From positions 228,709 to 292,708 of the forward strand of contig CBDFHD010000003.1 of assembly GCA_965247285.1 (NCBI GenBank): a stretch of DNA of 64,000 nucleotides. The letters are read 5' to 3'. The notes beneath the pieces are model-generated. The model had not been told where the DNA came from, made no database searches, and worked only from the letters and a program-made list of their open reading frames with translations. The stretch's first letter is position 1. Each line of letters begins with the position of its first letter. Position numbers and translations under genes: made by a program. This document shows, in pieces, positions 1 through 9,902 of this stretch. Source of the DNA: Candidatus Poribacteria bacterium. GTDB lineage: Bacteria > Poribacteria > WGA-4E > WGA-3G.

Positions 1-158
1 CTTACGACATGTACACCTTCAATCGTTGGAACCGCTATTCAGATCGGATTAATTTTACAGCACGTTTGCTCTGAACGTTCGCGAGTGGTCTTGCCATTCA
101 AAAAAACGATTGTAGGGGGTTTTGCTTGGGTGTTTCCGGTCTTGTGCCTGCCCGTATA

Positions 159-1211
159 TTACAACCCTTCTGCAACAAGGTCGCCTACTTCCTCAGTGGT
201 GTAGCCCATTCGTCCGGCACCCAGATCCTTGATTTTTCCGCTTGCGAGCAGGTCACTGATAGATTTCTCTACTTTTGTTGCCGCTTCTGCATACCCAAGG
301 TGGTCGAGCATCATTCCAGCTGCGCCTATCGCAGCGATGGGATTAATCTGATTTTTGCCGGTGTAACGTGGTGCTGAGCCGTGAATCGGTTCAAACATAG
401 CGACGCTTTCTGGGTTCAGGTTGCCGGATGCGGCGACCCCCATGCCTCCCTGAATCATCGCACCGAGGTCGGTGATAATGTCTCCAAACATGTTACATGT
501 CACAATGACATCGAACCACTCCGGATTTTTCACCATCCACATTGTTGTCGCATCGACAAAGGCATATTCCTTCTTGACATCAGGGTAATCTTCCCCTACC
601 TCGTCAAAGACGCGGCGCCACAGATCGTGTGCGTAGGTGAGGACGTTTGCTTTGTCGCAGAGCGTCAGAGTATTTTCCTTGTTGCGCTTTTTGGTGAGCT
701 CAAACGCATAGCGCACGCAGCGTTCTACGCCTTTGTAAGTATTAATCATTTCCTGAATCGCGACTTCATCACGTGTGCCACGTTTTAGGAAACCACCAAT
801 GCCAGCGTATAAGCCTTCGGTATTCTCGCGAACAATGATGAAATCAATTTCTTCAGGTCCCTTGTCTTTCAGGGGCGTTGGGACACCGGGGTAGAGTTTG
901 ACGGGGCGGAGGTTGATGTAGAGATCGAGTTCAAACCGGACTTTGAGCAGAATGCCTTTCTCTAAAATACCGGGTTTGACATCGGGGTGCCCGATTGCGC
1001 CGAGGTAGATAGCGTCTAAACCTCGGAGTTCTTCTAAAACTGAATCCGGCAACACTTCGCCGGTTGCAAGATACCGGTCGCCGCCGACATCATATTCGAC
1101 TGTTTCGTATTGGATTCCGGCTTGTTCGGCTGCTGCCCCGAAGACCTTCATTGCTTCTCGCGTCACTTCGGGGCCGATTCCATCGCCAGGAATGAGACCG
1201 ATTTTGTACAT
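159..1211 (-). CDS. Isocitrate/3-isopropylmalate dehydrogenase family protein (LeuB/tartrate dehydrogenase-like)
   Basis: The N-terminus [16 protein letters not shown] and the family motifs RENTEGLY and NMFGDIITD are present. GGAG sits 8 nt before the internal ATG at 1211, so the ORF-track start at 1259 is probably an upstream extension. Confidence 0.8.
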   Translation of the reverse strand: MYKIGLIPGDGIGPEVTREAMKVFGAAAEQAGIQYETVEYDVGGDRYLATGEVLPDSVLEELRGLDAIYLGAIGHPDVKPGILEKGILLKVRFELDLYINLRPVKLYPGVPTPLKDKGPEEIDFIIVRENTEGLYAGIGGFLKRGTRDEVAIQEMINTYKGVERCVRYAFELTKKRNKENTLTLCDKANVLTYAHDLWRRVFDEVGEDYPDVKKEYAFVDATTMWMVKNPEWFDVIVTCNMFGDIITDLGAMIQGGMGVAASGNLNPESVAMFEPIHGSAPRYTGKNQINPIAAIGAAGMMLDHLGYAEAATKVEKSISDLLASGKIKDLGAGRMGYTTEEVGDLVAEGL

Positions 1212-1328
1212 AGATTTTCTCCAAGATGTTAGTATGATGAATTTCGGCGTAGCTTGCAAGCCGAAACTTGCTATAGAAAAGTGGACTCCTTATATTTTAC
1301 CACATCCGGGACGATATTGCAAATTGGG

Positions 1329-1593
1329 TAGGACTTACGCATTTCCCCTTAAAGTTCCCCTGATAAGGAGGATTTAGGCAGTTAAATAAAACGAAATACT
1401 CTGCGCAAGCCTCTATAGGAAACCTGCGGGACAATGCGAGGCATTTTCAGTAAAATATATCCTTTCTCTGCTCAATTGAATCCTTTAATCCTGTAAATCC
1501 TGATTCAGACAACGAACACCGCACATTACCGAATTAAATTCTGAATCTTCATGAAATCTCGCCAGGAAGTACGGGGATTTCCGTAAGTCCTAT
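1329..1593. repeat. MITE-like element with 11-12 bp terminal inverted repeats TAGGACTTACG(CA)
   Basis: TAGGACTTACGC at 1329 is matched by its reverse complement CGTAAGTCCTA at about 1583-1593. The same TIR flanks a 122-bp element at 53887-54008. The interior carries the recurring AAATCCTGATTCAGACAA motif. Confidence 0.45.
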
Positions 1594-1598
1594 TAGAT

Positions 1599-2747
1599 TC
1601 ACTCATATGCTTTCACAACAGTGTATTGCTGCGGTTGGCCATCAACAATTTTCAACACGCGGATACCGGAAGCAGGTTTGACAGGATGACGGTTCCCATT
1701 AAAGCCGGAAATAGCTGTCGCCCCTTGGTAGTCAGTGATAGCAGCAACTGCGTCCCGAATCATAACAGGGTCTGTTGATTGGGCGTTTTCAATCGCTATT
1801 GCCAATAACCGCATGGCATCGTAACCTAATGGCGCGATACCAATAGCCTGATTTTTAAACATTGTTTCATAAGCGTCCGTAAAATCTGAAGCAAGCTCAT
1901 CCGAGATACTACAATAGTAGGAATTTTCGAGAGGGGTGTTATCCTCTAAAATGTCTAACATCAACGAATCATCCCAACCATCACTGCCGATAAAGATGGA
2001 CTTAATGCCCATCTCCCGTGCCTGTTTCACTATGATCGGGTTCTCTGGCGGAAAACTTGCGAGAAGCAGAACATCAGGGCTTGCCTCTTTGATTATCCCA
2101 AGTTGTCCATCAAACATTATATCGCCTTGTTCATAGATTTGATTGGCAACAATGCGACCGCCAAGTTCCTTGAAATCCGCATCAAATGCGTTAACGAAAC
2201 CTTTAGAGTAGACATCCCCGTTCTGCCAAATCATCGCTGCAGTTTTCTTTCCGAGGTCGTTCACCACAAAACCTGCCATGACTTTTGCTTGCAAGGCATT
2301 TGAATTCGCCACGAGAAAGAGAAAATCTCTCGGATCATTTCCAGTATTCGTCACGTCAGCACCTGTTGCACCCACAATGACAGGGATATTGATGATCGGT
2401 CCAACTTTAACAGCACTACTTGAAAACATCGGACCTAATATAGCGACAACATTTTCCATTTCAGCTAATTCTGTTGCAGAATCAGCAATGGTTCCTGTTT
2501 CCACTTTATAGATAAGCTCTACCTGCCTCCCAAGAACACCGCCTGCCTTGTTGATTTCGGCTAAGGCGAGTTTTGCACCGTCGCCAAAAGTGGCGTAATT
2601 TAGCAATGGATGAATCAAACCCACTTTAAGTGTAGGCATCGGTTCTTCAGTTATTCCGACATCTTCCGTTCTCTCCTCCCCAGAAAGGTAAGCGACTGAG
2701 AGTACGAGTAATACGCATAGTGTTAACCTAAAAATTTTCGGATTCAT
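1599..2747 (-). CDS. ABC transporter periplasmic substrate-binding protein, branched-chain amino acid (LivK) family
   Basis: There is a signal peptide followed by the type-1 periplasmic binding fold motifs KVGLIHPL...GDGAKLALAEINKAGG. AGGAG lies 7 nt upstream of the ATG at 2747. Confidence 0.8.
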   Translation of the reverse strand: MNPKIFRLTLCVLLVLSVAYLSGEERTEDVGITEEPMPTLKVGLIHPLLNYATFGDGAKLALAEINKAGGVLGRQVELIYKVETGTIADSATELAEMENVVAILGPMFSSSAVKVGPIINIPVIVGATGADVTNTGNDPRDFLFLVANSNALQAKVMAGFVVNDLGKKTAAMIWQNGDVYSKGFVNAFDADFKELGGRIVANQIYEQGDIMFDGQLGIIKEASPDVLLLASFPPENPIIVKQAREMGIKSIFIGSDGWDDSLMLDILEDNTPLENSYYCSISDELASDFTDAYETMFKNQAIGIAPLGYDAMRLLAIAIENAQSTDPVMIRDAVAAITDYQGATAISGFNGNRHPVKPASGIRVLKIVDGQPQQYTVVKAYE

Positions 2748-2872
2748 AAACTGCTCCTATGTTTTTAGACCCACGCACCCAGTGCAGGATAGTCTAATGT
2801 GCTGTTTGAGGATTTTCGGTTAGGTAATGATGGGCTGGCAATCCATCCTAATGCTGCTGTCCCATCATTGTT

Positions 2873-2952
2873 GTAGAGTAGCCGTGAACCCTCACGGGTT
2901 CACGGTTTCCCTCTCCAAACCGTGCGTGCGACTTTCACCGCACACGGCTTTC
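2873..2952 (-). ncRNA. Group II intron domain V and VI (3' end of the ORF-containing intron)
   Basis: The minus strand reads AAGCCGTGTGCGGTGAAAGTCGCACGCACGGTTT, then a DVI helix with a bulged A, ending CTCTAC. Confidence 0.7.
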
Positions 2953-4536
2953 CGAATCATCACTAATATAGTCTTTCAGGTTTTTGATATAATCAATCAT
3001 TTCTGTTTTGACTATATCGTTCATCTTTCTACGAGAAAGTTGAGCGTGTAGTTCAATGTGGCATTCTTTGTGCAGTAGACGAAGGTTGCTATATCTATCT
3101 GTGCCTCCGAATGAGCGAGGGAGCATGTGATGGGCATGTACTTCGCCATTGACTACTTCTTCTTCAATCATTTGAGATTTACAATAGGGACAAGCCCCTA
3201 ATTGTTTTGAGAATAATGTACTAAGTTTTCCCATAAACAAACTATTGAAGGTATTGTGATACTCACGATTTCTCCAGTAATCAGCATTTTCGGTGGAATA
3301 AACCCGCATTTTCTTTTTGACTATAACGAACCTCTTTTTTGAGAGAATATCGTACATACGGACAAGTCCAGTGTTATTTAGACTGTCCATAAAGTCAAGG
3401 CTTTTTCTTCTCTTACGTTTAGTATAATACTTACGTACTATCCAACTGGAGGATTTAGAAGGGTGTCTCCTTTTTGCCCAATTGAACGCTCTATTCCAGT
3501 TTGAGTTGTCAATTTTGCTAAAAGTGGAACTACTGACAACGTATCTGTAATAGTTTGCCCAACCTTGCAGTTTGGGGTTGAGTTGTAAGATTAGACTGTC
3601 CTGTTTGGAAGCCTTATTCTTAACAAAGATATCTTTACACCCTTTTAGAACCTTGTCAACATTTTCTCGTTGAGGTTTTATCAAGAGACTGTAATCACTT
3701 GGTTTATTTGATTTTTGATGTGTTCCTCTGTACTTGCGTATGTTGAAACCCAGAAAATCAAACCCATCGTAAATGTGAGTGATTTTTGTTTTTTCATCGG
3801 ATAGCGTCAGACCTATTTTGGATAGGTGTTTTTTGATACTTTGTTTGATGTTGACCGCAGTTGTTTTGGATTTGCAGACTATTACAAAATCGTCAGCATA
3901 ACGGATTAAAGGAATTACTTTACTAATTCCGTAACCCCGACTGTGGTTTTCGTCAATATGGTTATCAAGACTCGTCAATGCTACGTTAGCCAGTAGGGGT
4001 GAAATTATACCTCCCTGTGGCGTTCCGGTCTCATTGTCAAACACTTCACCATTGTGAAATACTTTTGCTTTCAGAAAGTTATTTATCAATCTCGTCGCAA
4101 AACTTGGGACGTGCCACGATTTCAGGGTATCAACTATATGGTCGTGGGATATATTGTCAAAGCAGCCTTTTATGTCGCCTTCTACAATGTATCTTGGTCT
4201 GTGTTTATTGGCAAGTTTTCTAAAAATCAATCCGATTGCATCATGACAACTGCGTTTCGGACGGAATCCAAAACTGTTGTGATGAAAGTGGTATTCCGCA
4301 ATAGGTTCGATTGCTATTCTAAGAATCTCTTGATTGATTCGGTCTTTTATTGTTGGAATGCCTAACGGACGTTTCTTTCCGTTACCTTTTGGGATATAAA
4401 CTCTCCTGATATTATCAGGTTCGGCGTTGATGTCAATCTCCTTGAGAAGTCTCAATTTCTTTGCATCAGCTTTAGGTTTATCCCCTTTGGGTAATGCTAT
4501 TCCGTCAATTCCAGCAGTGTTTTTCCCTTGATTCAA
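2935..4536 (-). CDS. Group II intron-encoded reverse transcriptase/maturase with C-terminal HNH endonuclease domain
   Basis: The RT motifs TAGIDGI (domain 0) and YADDFVIV (domain 5), the maturase X motif LQGWANYYRY, and a C-terminal zinc-finger/HNH segment CPYCKS...HAHHMLPRSFGG...HKECH are all present. Confidence 0.9.
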   Translation of the reverse strand: MNQGKNTAGIDGIALPKGDKPKADAKKLRLLKEIDINAEPDNIRRVYIPKGNGKKRPLGIPTIKDRINQEILRIAIEPIAEYHFHHNSFGFRPKRSCHDAIGLIFRKLANKHRPRYIVEGDIKGCFDNISHDHIVDTLKSWHVPSFATRLINNFLKAKVFHNGEVFDNETGTPQGGIISPLLANVALTSLDNHIDENHSRGYGISKVIPLIRYADDFVIVCKSKTTAVNIKQSIKKHLSKIGLTLSDEKTKITHIYDGFDFLGFNIRKYRGTHQKSNKPSDYSLLIKPQRENVDKVLKGCKDIFVKNKASKQDSLILQLNPKLQGWANYYRYVVSSSTFSKIDNSNWNRAFNWAKRRHPSKSSSWIVRKYYTKRKRRKSLDFMDSLNNTGLVRMYDILSKKRFVIVKKKMRVYSTENADYWRNREYHNTFNSLFMGKLSTLFSKQLGACPYCKSQMIEEEVVNGEVHAHHMLPRSFGGTDRYSNLRLLHKECHIELHAQLSRRKMNDIVKTEMIDYIKNLKDYISDDSESRVR

Positions 4537-4643
4537 AGTTGCGACACGATGAACCGCAAGGATTTTAACTGCTAAGGATCGTTTCGTTAGTAAGTCAAAA
4601 ATGTGCTGAATACGTTTGACGTTATTAGTGGCAACCGCTTTGT

Positions 4644-4722
4644 GTAGAGTAGCCGTGAACCCTCACGGGTTCACAGCCCTCACCGAACCGTGCGTGCGAC
4701 TTTCACCGCACACGGCTCTCCA
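4644..4722 (-). ncRNA. Second group II intron domain V/VI copy (3' end of the putative ORF-less intron)
   Basis: This is a near-identical DV/DVI. The minus strand reads GAGCCGTGTGCGGTGAAAGTCGCACGCACGGTTC...GGCTACTCTAC, and it lies 108 nt upstream of the RT start codon. Confidence 0.65.
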
Positions 4723-5084
4723 GTTGAGTTTGGCGTGTAAAACGCTTTAGGTATAAATACCACTTTACAACTTTACTTTCTCCCCTTAACACCGACTCCG
4801 TATGGGAGATTTTCGGTATTACTAAGAGGCATTTGTATAAAGAACTCAACCTAAACAGGCTTTGCCCGAAGGCTTTTTCTGTTTTCCTCTCCCATAGTTT
4901 CTCAATAGAGATACCGTAGGGACTATTTAACTTCCTGTAAGGAAACTTCGCAACTCACTTAGGGTCGCCCTATATCCCAATAAACACGTTATCCGTGTCC
5001 TATGCTATTCGTTCCAATGTGTAAAAGTTATCACTTTTACGGTTAGTGTAGTAGATTAGAAACCACACCCTATAGCATTACAAC

Positions 5085-5353
5085 TTTTGCTTTTGGCTCA
5101 AGGCAGTTGTATTAACTTCACGAGACTTACAGACGTTCAACTTTCGCTTACCCATGTGAGTCTTTCTCGGACGTTCCGATTTTGGATACTAACTACATTG
5201 CTGTTGTTAGTTTGCCTATATCCGCAGGAATGCGTCTTGTCCGCCTGCTTTCCACCCTGTAGTTTCCTACAACGCAGTTGGCGTAAGAGACACCTTGTTG
5301 GACTCCAGTTATGGGATTCTAACCCATATTTTCTTTACGTTTATTAAATCGCA
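5085..5353 (-). repeat. Group II intron 5' domain I segment, copy A
   Basis: The minus strand begins GTGCGATTTAATAAACG and contains AAGCGAAAGTTGA, which resembles the conserved DI GCGAAAG region. It is ~70% identical over ~270 nt to 5757-6018. Confidence 0.5.
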
Positions 5354-5756
5354 CCCAATCTTTGTTGTATCGAGAAAACGTATTGCTCGCAGTTTCTGAT
5401 GTTTACTGCGCTAAATATGCTATCTTCTTGGGTTCTACGTGTGATCACGATATTAGATCCTTTAGATTTGATACTTCATTTTGATTATTCAAAGTATTGA
5501 CTCTAATCATGCTCGGTGTATTCATTACACCTACCTGATTTCCTCAACCTTGTTGGCTTTCTGATACATTTCAGAAAGTCAGTTTAGGTTCTGTCCAATT
5601 ACCTAATTAGGGATTTCATAATTAGTTTAGGATTATCCTATATCCCGATGTGTTGCTAATCGCAACTATGTGTTCATTCAACCTAAAATTGAAATAGCAA
5701 GATTGAGACTATTTCACTATTATAGAAAAATACAATCTATAATTTTGAACACTACA

Positions 5757-6018
5757 ATTGTTTCAAGGCTATTGTATTTTTTTCACGAGACTTTGAGATA
5801 TTCAACTTTCGTTTATCCATGCTAATTTTGTCTGACGCTTCAATTTCGGATATTGTGATTATTTCTAATCACAATTTTGCCTGTATCCTCAGAAGTGCGC
5901 CGTTTCCTCTTGCTTCCCACCCCTCGTTTCCGAAGTAGCAGTTAGAGTGAGACATTGGAAGTTAGGTTTTCCGAGTGGGAATTGAACCCACACTCCCTAA
6001 TTGTTTATTGAACCGCAC
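5757..6018 (-). repeat. Group II intron 5' domain I segment, copy B
   Basis: The minus strand begins GTGCGGTTCAATAAACA. It is paralogous to 5085-5353. Confidence 0.5.
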
Positions 6019-6175
6019 CAATCTTCAAAAGTATAACAAGTGTCAGAAAATAGTCAAGAAAAAATTAGAGGGTTTAATGACCCTGAGATGAGAGGATTTG
6101 GTGTTTCCGCAAAAAGTAAGGATGTGGTATAATGGTTATTCACATTGCAGTGTATTTGAGCACTGGAGGAGCACA

Positions 6176-7228
6176 TTGATTAGCGAAGCGCGCCTGAAGA
6201 CAATTCTCAATCAATTTCAAAATCAACGTATTCTCGTTGTTGGCGATTTTTACCTTGATGCCTACTGGTACATAGACAAAACCCGTTCAACACTATCGTT
6301 GGAAACACCGTGGCATACCAATCCCGTTGTTGAGCAACGCTATAGTCCTGGCGCGGCGGGGACAGTCACAAATAACCTGAAGGCGTTAGGTGCAGGTGCA
6401 GTCTATACATTAGGTGTTATCGGTGAAGACGGATTTGGTGGGACGCTGCTGGATTGTCTACAGACGAACGGGTGCCTGACGGATTTTATGATACAGGTGC
6501 CGGAGTGGGTAACGCCTACCTATCTTAAACCGATTCATCGTGGCTATGAAGGTGTGGAGACGGAGGGACCGCGGTTCGATATTGAGAACAAATCGGCGAT
6601 GGATGAGGCAGTCGAAACTACTGTTATTGATGCCTTGCGAGAGTGTATACCGCTTGTTGATGGTGTAATTGTCGGGGATCAGATGCCGATTGAGAACTTA
6701 GGCGTTGTCACCAACCGAGTGAGAGAAGAGTTGTGCGAGTTGGGATTGGCGTTTCCTGATAAAATCTTTTTCTCGGACTCCCGCACGCGGATTGGCAAGT
6801 ATCGAAACGTTATCATTAAACCGAACCGGTTTGAGGCGAAACGTGCTGTTCAGCCAGAGTGGAACGGACAGGAGGTTAACATCGAAGAGGCAAGGCAGTG
6901 CGCGGTTGCACTTGCAGAACAGACCCAAAGGACGGTGTACGTCACTCTCGGTGAAAACGGTATTCTCGTCTACAGTGAAGGTGAGTTTACACATATCCCC
7001 GGTATTCCCATTGATGATGAGATTGATCCTGTTGGGGCGGGTGACAGTGTTTCAGCGGGACTCGTCGCAACGCTCTGTAGCCTACGCGCTTCACAAGCGG
7101 AGGCATCTATTGAAGCGGCTTATGTTGGGAATCTGGTGGCTTCCATTACCGTCACCAAAATCGGAACCACCGGTACAGCGTCACCCGAAGAAATCCTACA
7201 ACGGCATCAGGACTACGTGAAGTTATGA
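6176..7228 (+). CDS. PfkB-family carbohydrate kinase (RfaE/HldE kinase-domain-like, D-glycero-beta-D-manno-heptose-7-phosphate kinase family)
   Basis: The motifs ILVVGDFYLDAYW, NPVVEQRYSPGAAGTVTNNLKALGA and C-terminal DPVGAGDSV identify the ribokinase superfamily. The TTG start at 6176 follows GGAGGA by 5 nt. In-frame alternative starts exist at 6098 and 6122. An extended -10 GTGGTATAATGG sits at 6125-6135. Confidence 0.75.
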   Translation: MISEARLKTILNQFQNQRILVVGDFYLDAYWYIDKTRSTLSLETPWHTNPVVEQRYSPGAAGTVTNNLKALGAGAVYTLGVIGEDGFGGTLLDCLQTNGCLTDFMIQVPEWVTPTYLKPIHRGYEGVETEGPRFDIENKSAMDEAVETTVIDALRECIPLVDGVIVGDQMPIENLGVVTNRVREELCELGLAFPDKIFFSDSRTRIGKYRNVIIKPNRFEAKRAVQPEWNGQEVNIEEARQCAVALAEQTQRTVYVTLGENGILVYSEGEFTHIPGIPIDDEIDPVGAGDSVSAGLVATLCSLRASQAEASIEAAYVGNLVASITVTKIGTTGTASPEEILQRHQDYVKL

Positions 7229-7995
7229 ATATTTTTGACGCAATAACACAACGACGCAGCCATCGCGGTACGTTTCAGAACCGCCCAATTGATACCGCAG
7301 ACCTCGAAAAACTTATTGAGGCGGCGCGGTGGACCCCCTCACCATTCAATGTTCAACCTTGGGAGCTTGTGCTGATTCGAGAAGTAGAAGGCAAGGCAGC
7401 ACTCGCTGAGGTAACGGAGCGCGCTATCGTTGAACAATTCAAAGATGCCAAGTTTCTTGATGACAACAGCCGTTGGATGCGTCTCACAGATGCGAATTTG
7501 AAAGCCTTAGGTGATGGTGTGCTGCTTACGGATCACGTTACGCTGCCGAAATTGCTTCAGGACGCGCCGGACAAATTATTGGAGAGGGTGTTGAAAAACG
7601 CGAAGTCATTCACACTTTTGGGGCATTTAGGAGCAGGAAAGATACCCGCGAAAGAGATTGCAACACAAGTTCGTGAGGCACCACTACTCATGCTGATTAC
7701 GATGAATTGCAAGAGATACCCCCCTGGGGACGGAGGAACGCGATGGATGTGGTTGAGCATGGGGATGTTAATTCAGAATGTGCTTCTCGCTGCAACTGCT
7801 TTGGGCATCGGTGTACAGTTTGTCAGTGCCCCATTGGAACGCCCCACGGATCGTGAACGGGTTCGGCAACTTTTCAATATTCCTACTTCTCATGAAGTGA
7901 TTACGTTGCTCAGGATGGGATATATTGAAGAGAGTCGTAGCGACTCTGTCCGGTTACAGCCATCAGAGTTTGTTCACTTTGAAAAGAGAGAGTAG
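7225..7995 (+). CDS. Nitroreductase family protein
   Basis: The nitroreductase-fold N-terminus QRRSHRGTF...PSPFNVQPWELVLI is present. The ATG overlaps the upstream stop (ATGA), which indicates translational coupling. Confidence 0.75.
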   Translation: MNIFDAITQRRSHRGTFQNRPIDTADLEKLIEAARWTPSPFNVQPWELVLIREVEGKAALAEVTERAIVEQFKDAKFLDDNSRWMRLTDANLKALGDGVLLTDHVTLPKLLQDAPDKLLERVLKNAKSFTLLGHLGAGKIPAKEIATQVREAPLLMLITMNCKRYPPGDGGTRWMWLSMGMLIQNVLLAATALGIGVQFVSAPLERPTDRERVRQLFNIPTSHEVITLLRMGYIEESRSDSVRLQPSEFVHFEKRE

Positions 7996-7997
7996 AC

Positions 7998-8095
7998 GGG
8001 CACAGCGACCCGCCGCTGCACCGCTGGCGAGGTTTCCCAACCTCGCCGATTCCTAAACTCACGTTAGCGCACGCTGGCACAGCGACCCGCCGCTA
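7998..8095. repeat. Degenerate MITE-core remnant (GCTGGCGAGGTTTCCCAACCTCGCC hairpin) flanked by 19-nt direct repeats GGCACAGCGACCCGCCGCT
   Basis: It carries the internal hairpin of MITE family 1 without the TIRs. The direct repeats are at 8001-8020 and 8076-8094. Confidence 0.4.
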
Positions 8096-8234
8096 TCGAA
8101 ATATAGTGTATTAAGCTTAGCTGTTTTGTAAGAGTTCTTTCAGTGCTACTTTCTTTTTTTTCAGTCGTCGTTGTTGACGTTGGCGGATTTGTGTCCGACG
8201 TCGGACCTGTCCGCTTTTACTCCGTGGCATAATA

Positions 8235-9443
8235 TTACCCCCTTTCTTCGATTGTTTTGGCGAGGTACATGACTGCCGATGTACACTGCGCTTCTATCTC
8301 TGCCATTGCGATGGTAAGTTCTGCTTCTGAGCGTGCGTGTAACTGCAGCCGCTCTTCGGTGACCGTGATGTAGCGTTCGTTTTCCACATCAACAAATTCA
8401 ACCTGTTCTTCGCTTTCATTCACCAAAGCGTAGTTAGCGAGCCTCTCTTGTAAGGACGGGTCGTCTCTCCGCTCCTCGAAACTCTCTTTTATTGCCAAAC
8501 CGTTGAAATTTTTATAAAGTGCCCGAGCAGGAAGTTCGTCGGGTGAGACCGGCGGTATTGCTATCTCTGAGGTAGGTGTACCGGAGAGATCGACTGGATC
8601 TGAAAGCGGTGCCGGATCGGTTATCGCAGTATTTACCGTGTCAAAATGCGGCGAAGCCGGTTCTGTTAAATCAGATTCGGTGTCCTTTTCCTTGTGGTGT
8701 TCCTGATTTTTTGCGGTGTCTGAAAAGACGGAAATCGGTTGAGATTGGTAGGCTTCTGACTCTTTGTATTCCAGAACATCTGAAAGGATTTCCTTAACCT
8801 CCTCACGTCTGTCAATAATCATATCCGGTTCTTCCACAAGTATCCGTAGGGTTTCAATACCGATAGTTTGGATCATCGGGTGGAATGCCAGGATTTCCGA
8901 TGGGGCAGCTTCAAAAAGCGAGCGGGTGACAAAAGCCACCTCTGCAAGTTCTCGGTTACCTATTAACTTAAGACGTTTTTCACACGCCGTGAGTGCTTGC
9001 ACTAATTGTTGCATAAAGTCCGGTGTAACAAGATGTGGGAGCACTTCTAATCGAAAATGTTCGCAGGCGCGTTCCGCTTCCGGTAAAGGATTTAGTTCCT
9101 CTTCACTCGTTGCTTCTTCTGTTACATTTGTTAGATGGATGAGGTCTTCTTCAAATTCGGCTGTGAGGGCGTTTGTCTTGTCGGCTTGGTAATTATCGAG
9201 TACTTCCGTCACCCGTGTATACATCAGTTCAAAATCGAAAAGAACGCCTTCAAGTTCAGGTTCGTTGAGGAGCTTACGGCTCTGTGAGATACAGGCGTGT
9301 AAATGCTCCTCTTCTGACTTTTCATAAGGAAGTCTACGTTGCTTTTCGACAGCAAGCTGTTTTTGCCTAAATTTCCGGTCGCGGTTTCGTTTTTCGCGCT
9401 TCCGTGCCACATTTATGGAGCGGCGTCCCTTTTTCTTTGCCAT
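8235..9443 (-). CDS. Hypothetical protein (lysine/arginine-rich N-terminus, acidic body)
   Basis: This is a 402-aa ORF with a basic N-terminus MAKKKGRRSINVARKREKRNRDRKFRQKQ and an acidic remainder. I recognise no domain. Confidence 0.55.
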   Translation of the reverse strand: MAKKKGRRSINVARKREKRNRDRKFRQKQLAVEKQRRLPYEKSEEEHLHACISQSRKLLNEPELEGVLFDFELMYTRVTEVLDNYQADKTNALTAEFEEDLIHLTNVTEEATSEEELNPLPEAERACEHFRLEVLPHLVTPDFMQQLVQALTACEKRLKLIGNRELAEVAFVTRSLFEAAPSEILAFHPMIQTIGIETLRILVEEPDMIIDRREEVKEILSDVLEYKESEAYQSQPISVFSDTAKNQEHHKEKDTESDLTEPASPHFDTVNTAITDPAPLSDPVDLSGTPTSEIAIPPVSPDELPARALYKNFNGLAIKESFEERRDDPSLQERLANYALVNESEEQVEFVDVENERYITVTEERLQLHARSEAELTIAMAEIEAQCTSAVMYLAKTIEERG

Positions 9444-9794
9444 GGTAGTATTGTTCGCTATTATTGTTCGCTATTAAGGTAACTATTGGGTGAACTTTTT
9501 TAAGGATTTCTTTATATTCCAAACGTAGCGTAACATCAAGTTTAACGTGCTATAAATAAGTATATACCAATACAAATTTATTGTCAAGTTTAAATTTTTT
9601 AAGAGCGTATAGTGTTTTGGGTGAGGCTCTCCGTTTGTTCGTAGAGCGGAGACAGATGAAAAACGCAGCTAATATTGCTAAAAAAAACCGTATCAAGTCA
9701 AATTGAATTTATGTCTCAATTGTTTGGCACTAATGCACTAATCATGGTCATCTTCTAAGATTTTGTTAATACTAACTTCTCTATGCTTAGAGGC

Positions 9795-9823
9795 TTGACT
9801 AAAGAGAAATTTTGTGGTATTAT
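9795..9823 (+). promoter_or_regulatory. Sigma70-like promoter upstream of the TonB-dependent receptor gene
   Basis: TTGACT is separated by 17 nt from an extended -10 TGGTATTAT at 9818-9823. This gives a ~255-nt leader before the start at 10086. Confidence 0.45.
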
Positions 9824-9877
9824 ATGTTATTAAAGTTGTAAGGCTACATTTAACGTGAATTTGATAGGGAAAATAGG

Positions 9878-9902
9878 ACAGATTGTGTTATTACAATACT
9901 GT
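9878..9902. promoter_or_regulatory. Near-palindromic candidate operator ACAGATTGTgttattACAATACTGT in the TBDR leader
   Basis: The 25-bp imperfect palindrome lies between the promoter and the receptor start. I could not assign it to a Fur box. Confidence 0.3.

Larger units (their letters stand above)
2873..6018 (-). mobile_element. Group II intron locus, probably nested or tandem: an ORF-encoding intron plus an ORF-less intron
   Basis: Reverse complements of 2919-2952 and 4687-4722 each read GCCGTGTGCGGTGAAAGTCGCACGCACGG, the domain V consensus. Each is followed by a DVI-like hairpin ending ...GGCTACTCTAC. GTGCG intron 5' ends lie on the minus strand at 5353 and 6018, each preceded by AAGATTGG. 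An RT/maturase gene lies between them. The locus sits in the intergenic region between two divergent genes. Confidence 0.7.

Noticed and set aside
2824-2868. The hairpin beside the intron 3' junction looked like the terminator target of class C (IIC) introns.
   Set aside because: The hairpin lies in the 3' exon, not the 5' exon, and the IEP retains an HNH domain, which is atypical for IIC.
5975-5998. A tRNA-like T-arm (GTGGGTTCAATTCCCAC) on the minus strand near the intron 5' repeats, with a second one, ATGGGTTAGAATCCCAT, near 5310.
   Set aside because: No acceptor stem, D-arm or anticodon arm can be built upstream. The hairpins are part of the repeated intron 5' segments rather than tRNA genes.
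6698-7220. Overlapping ORFs of 98 aa (minus strand) and 142 aa (plus strand) inside the PfkB kinase gene.
   Set aside because: They are alternative-frame artefacts within a well-supported CDS.
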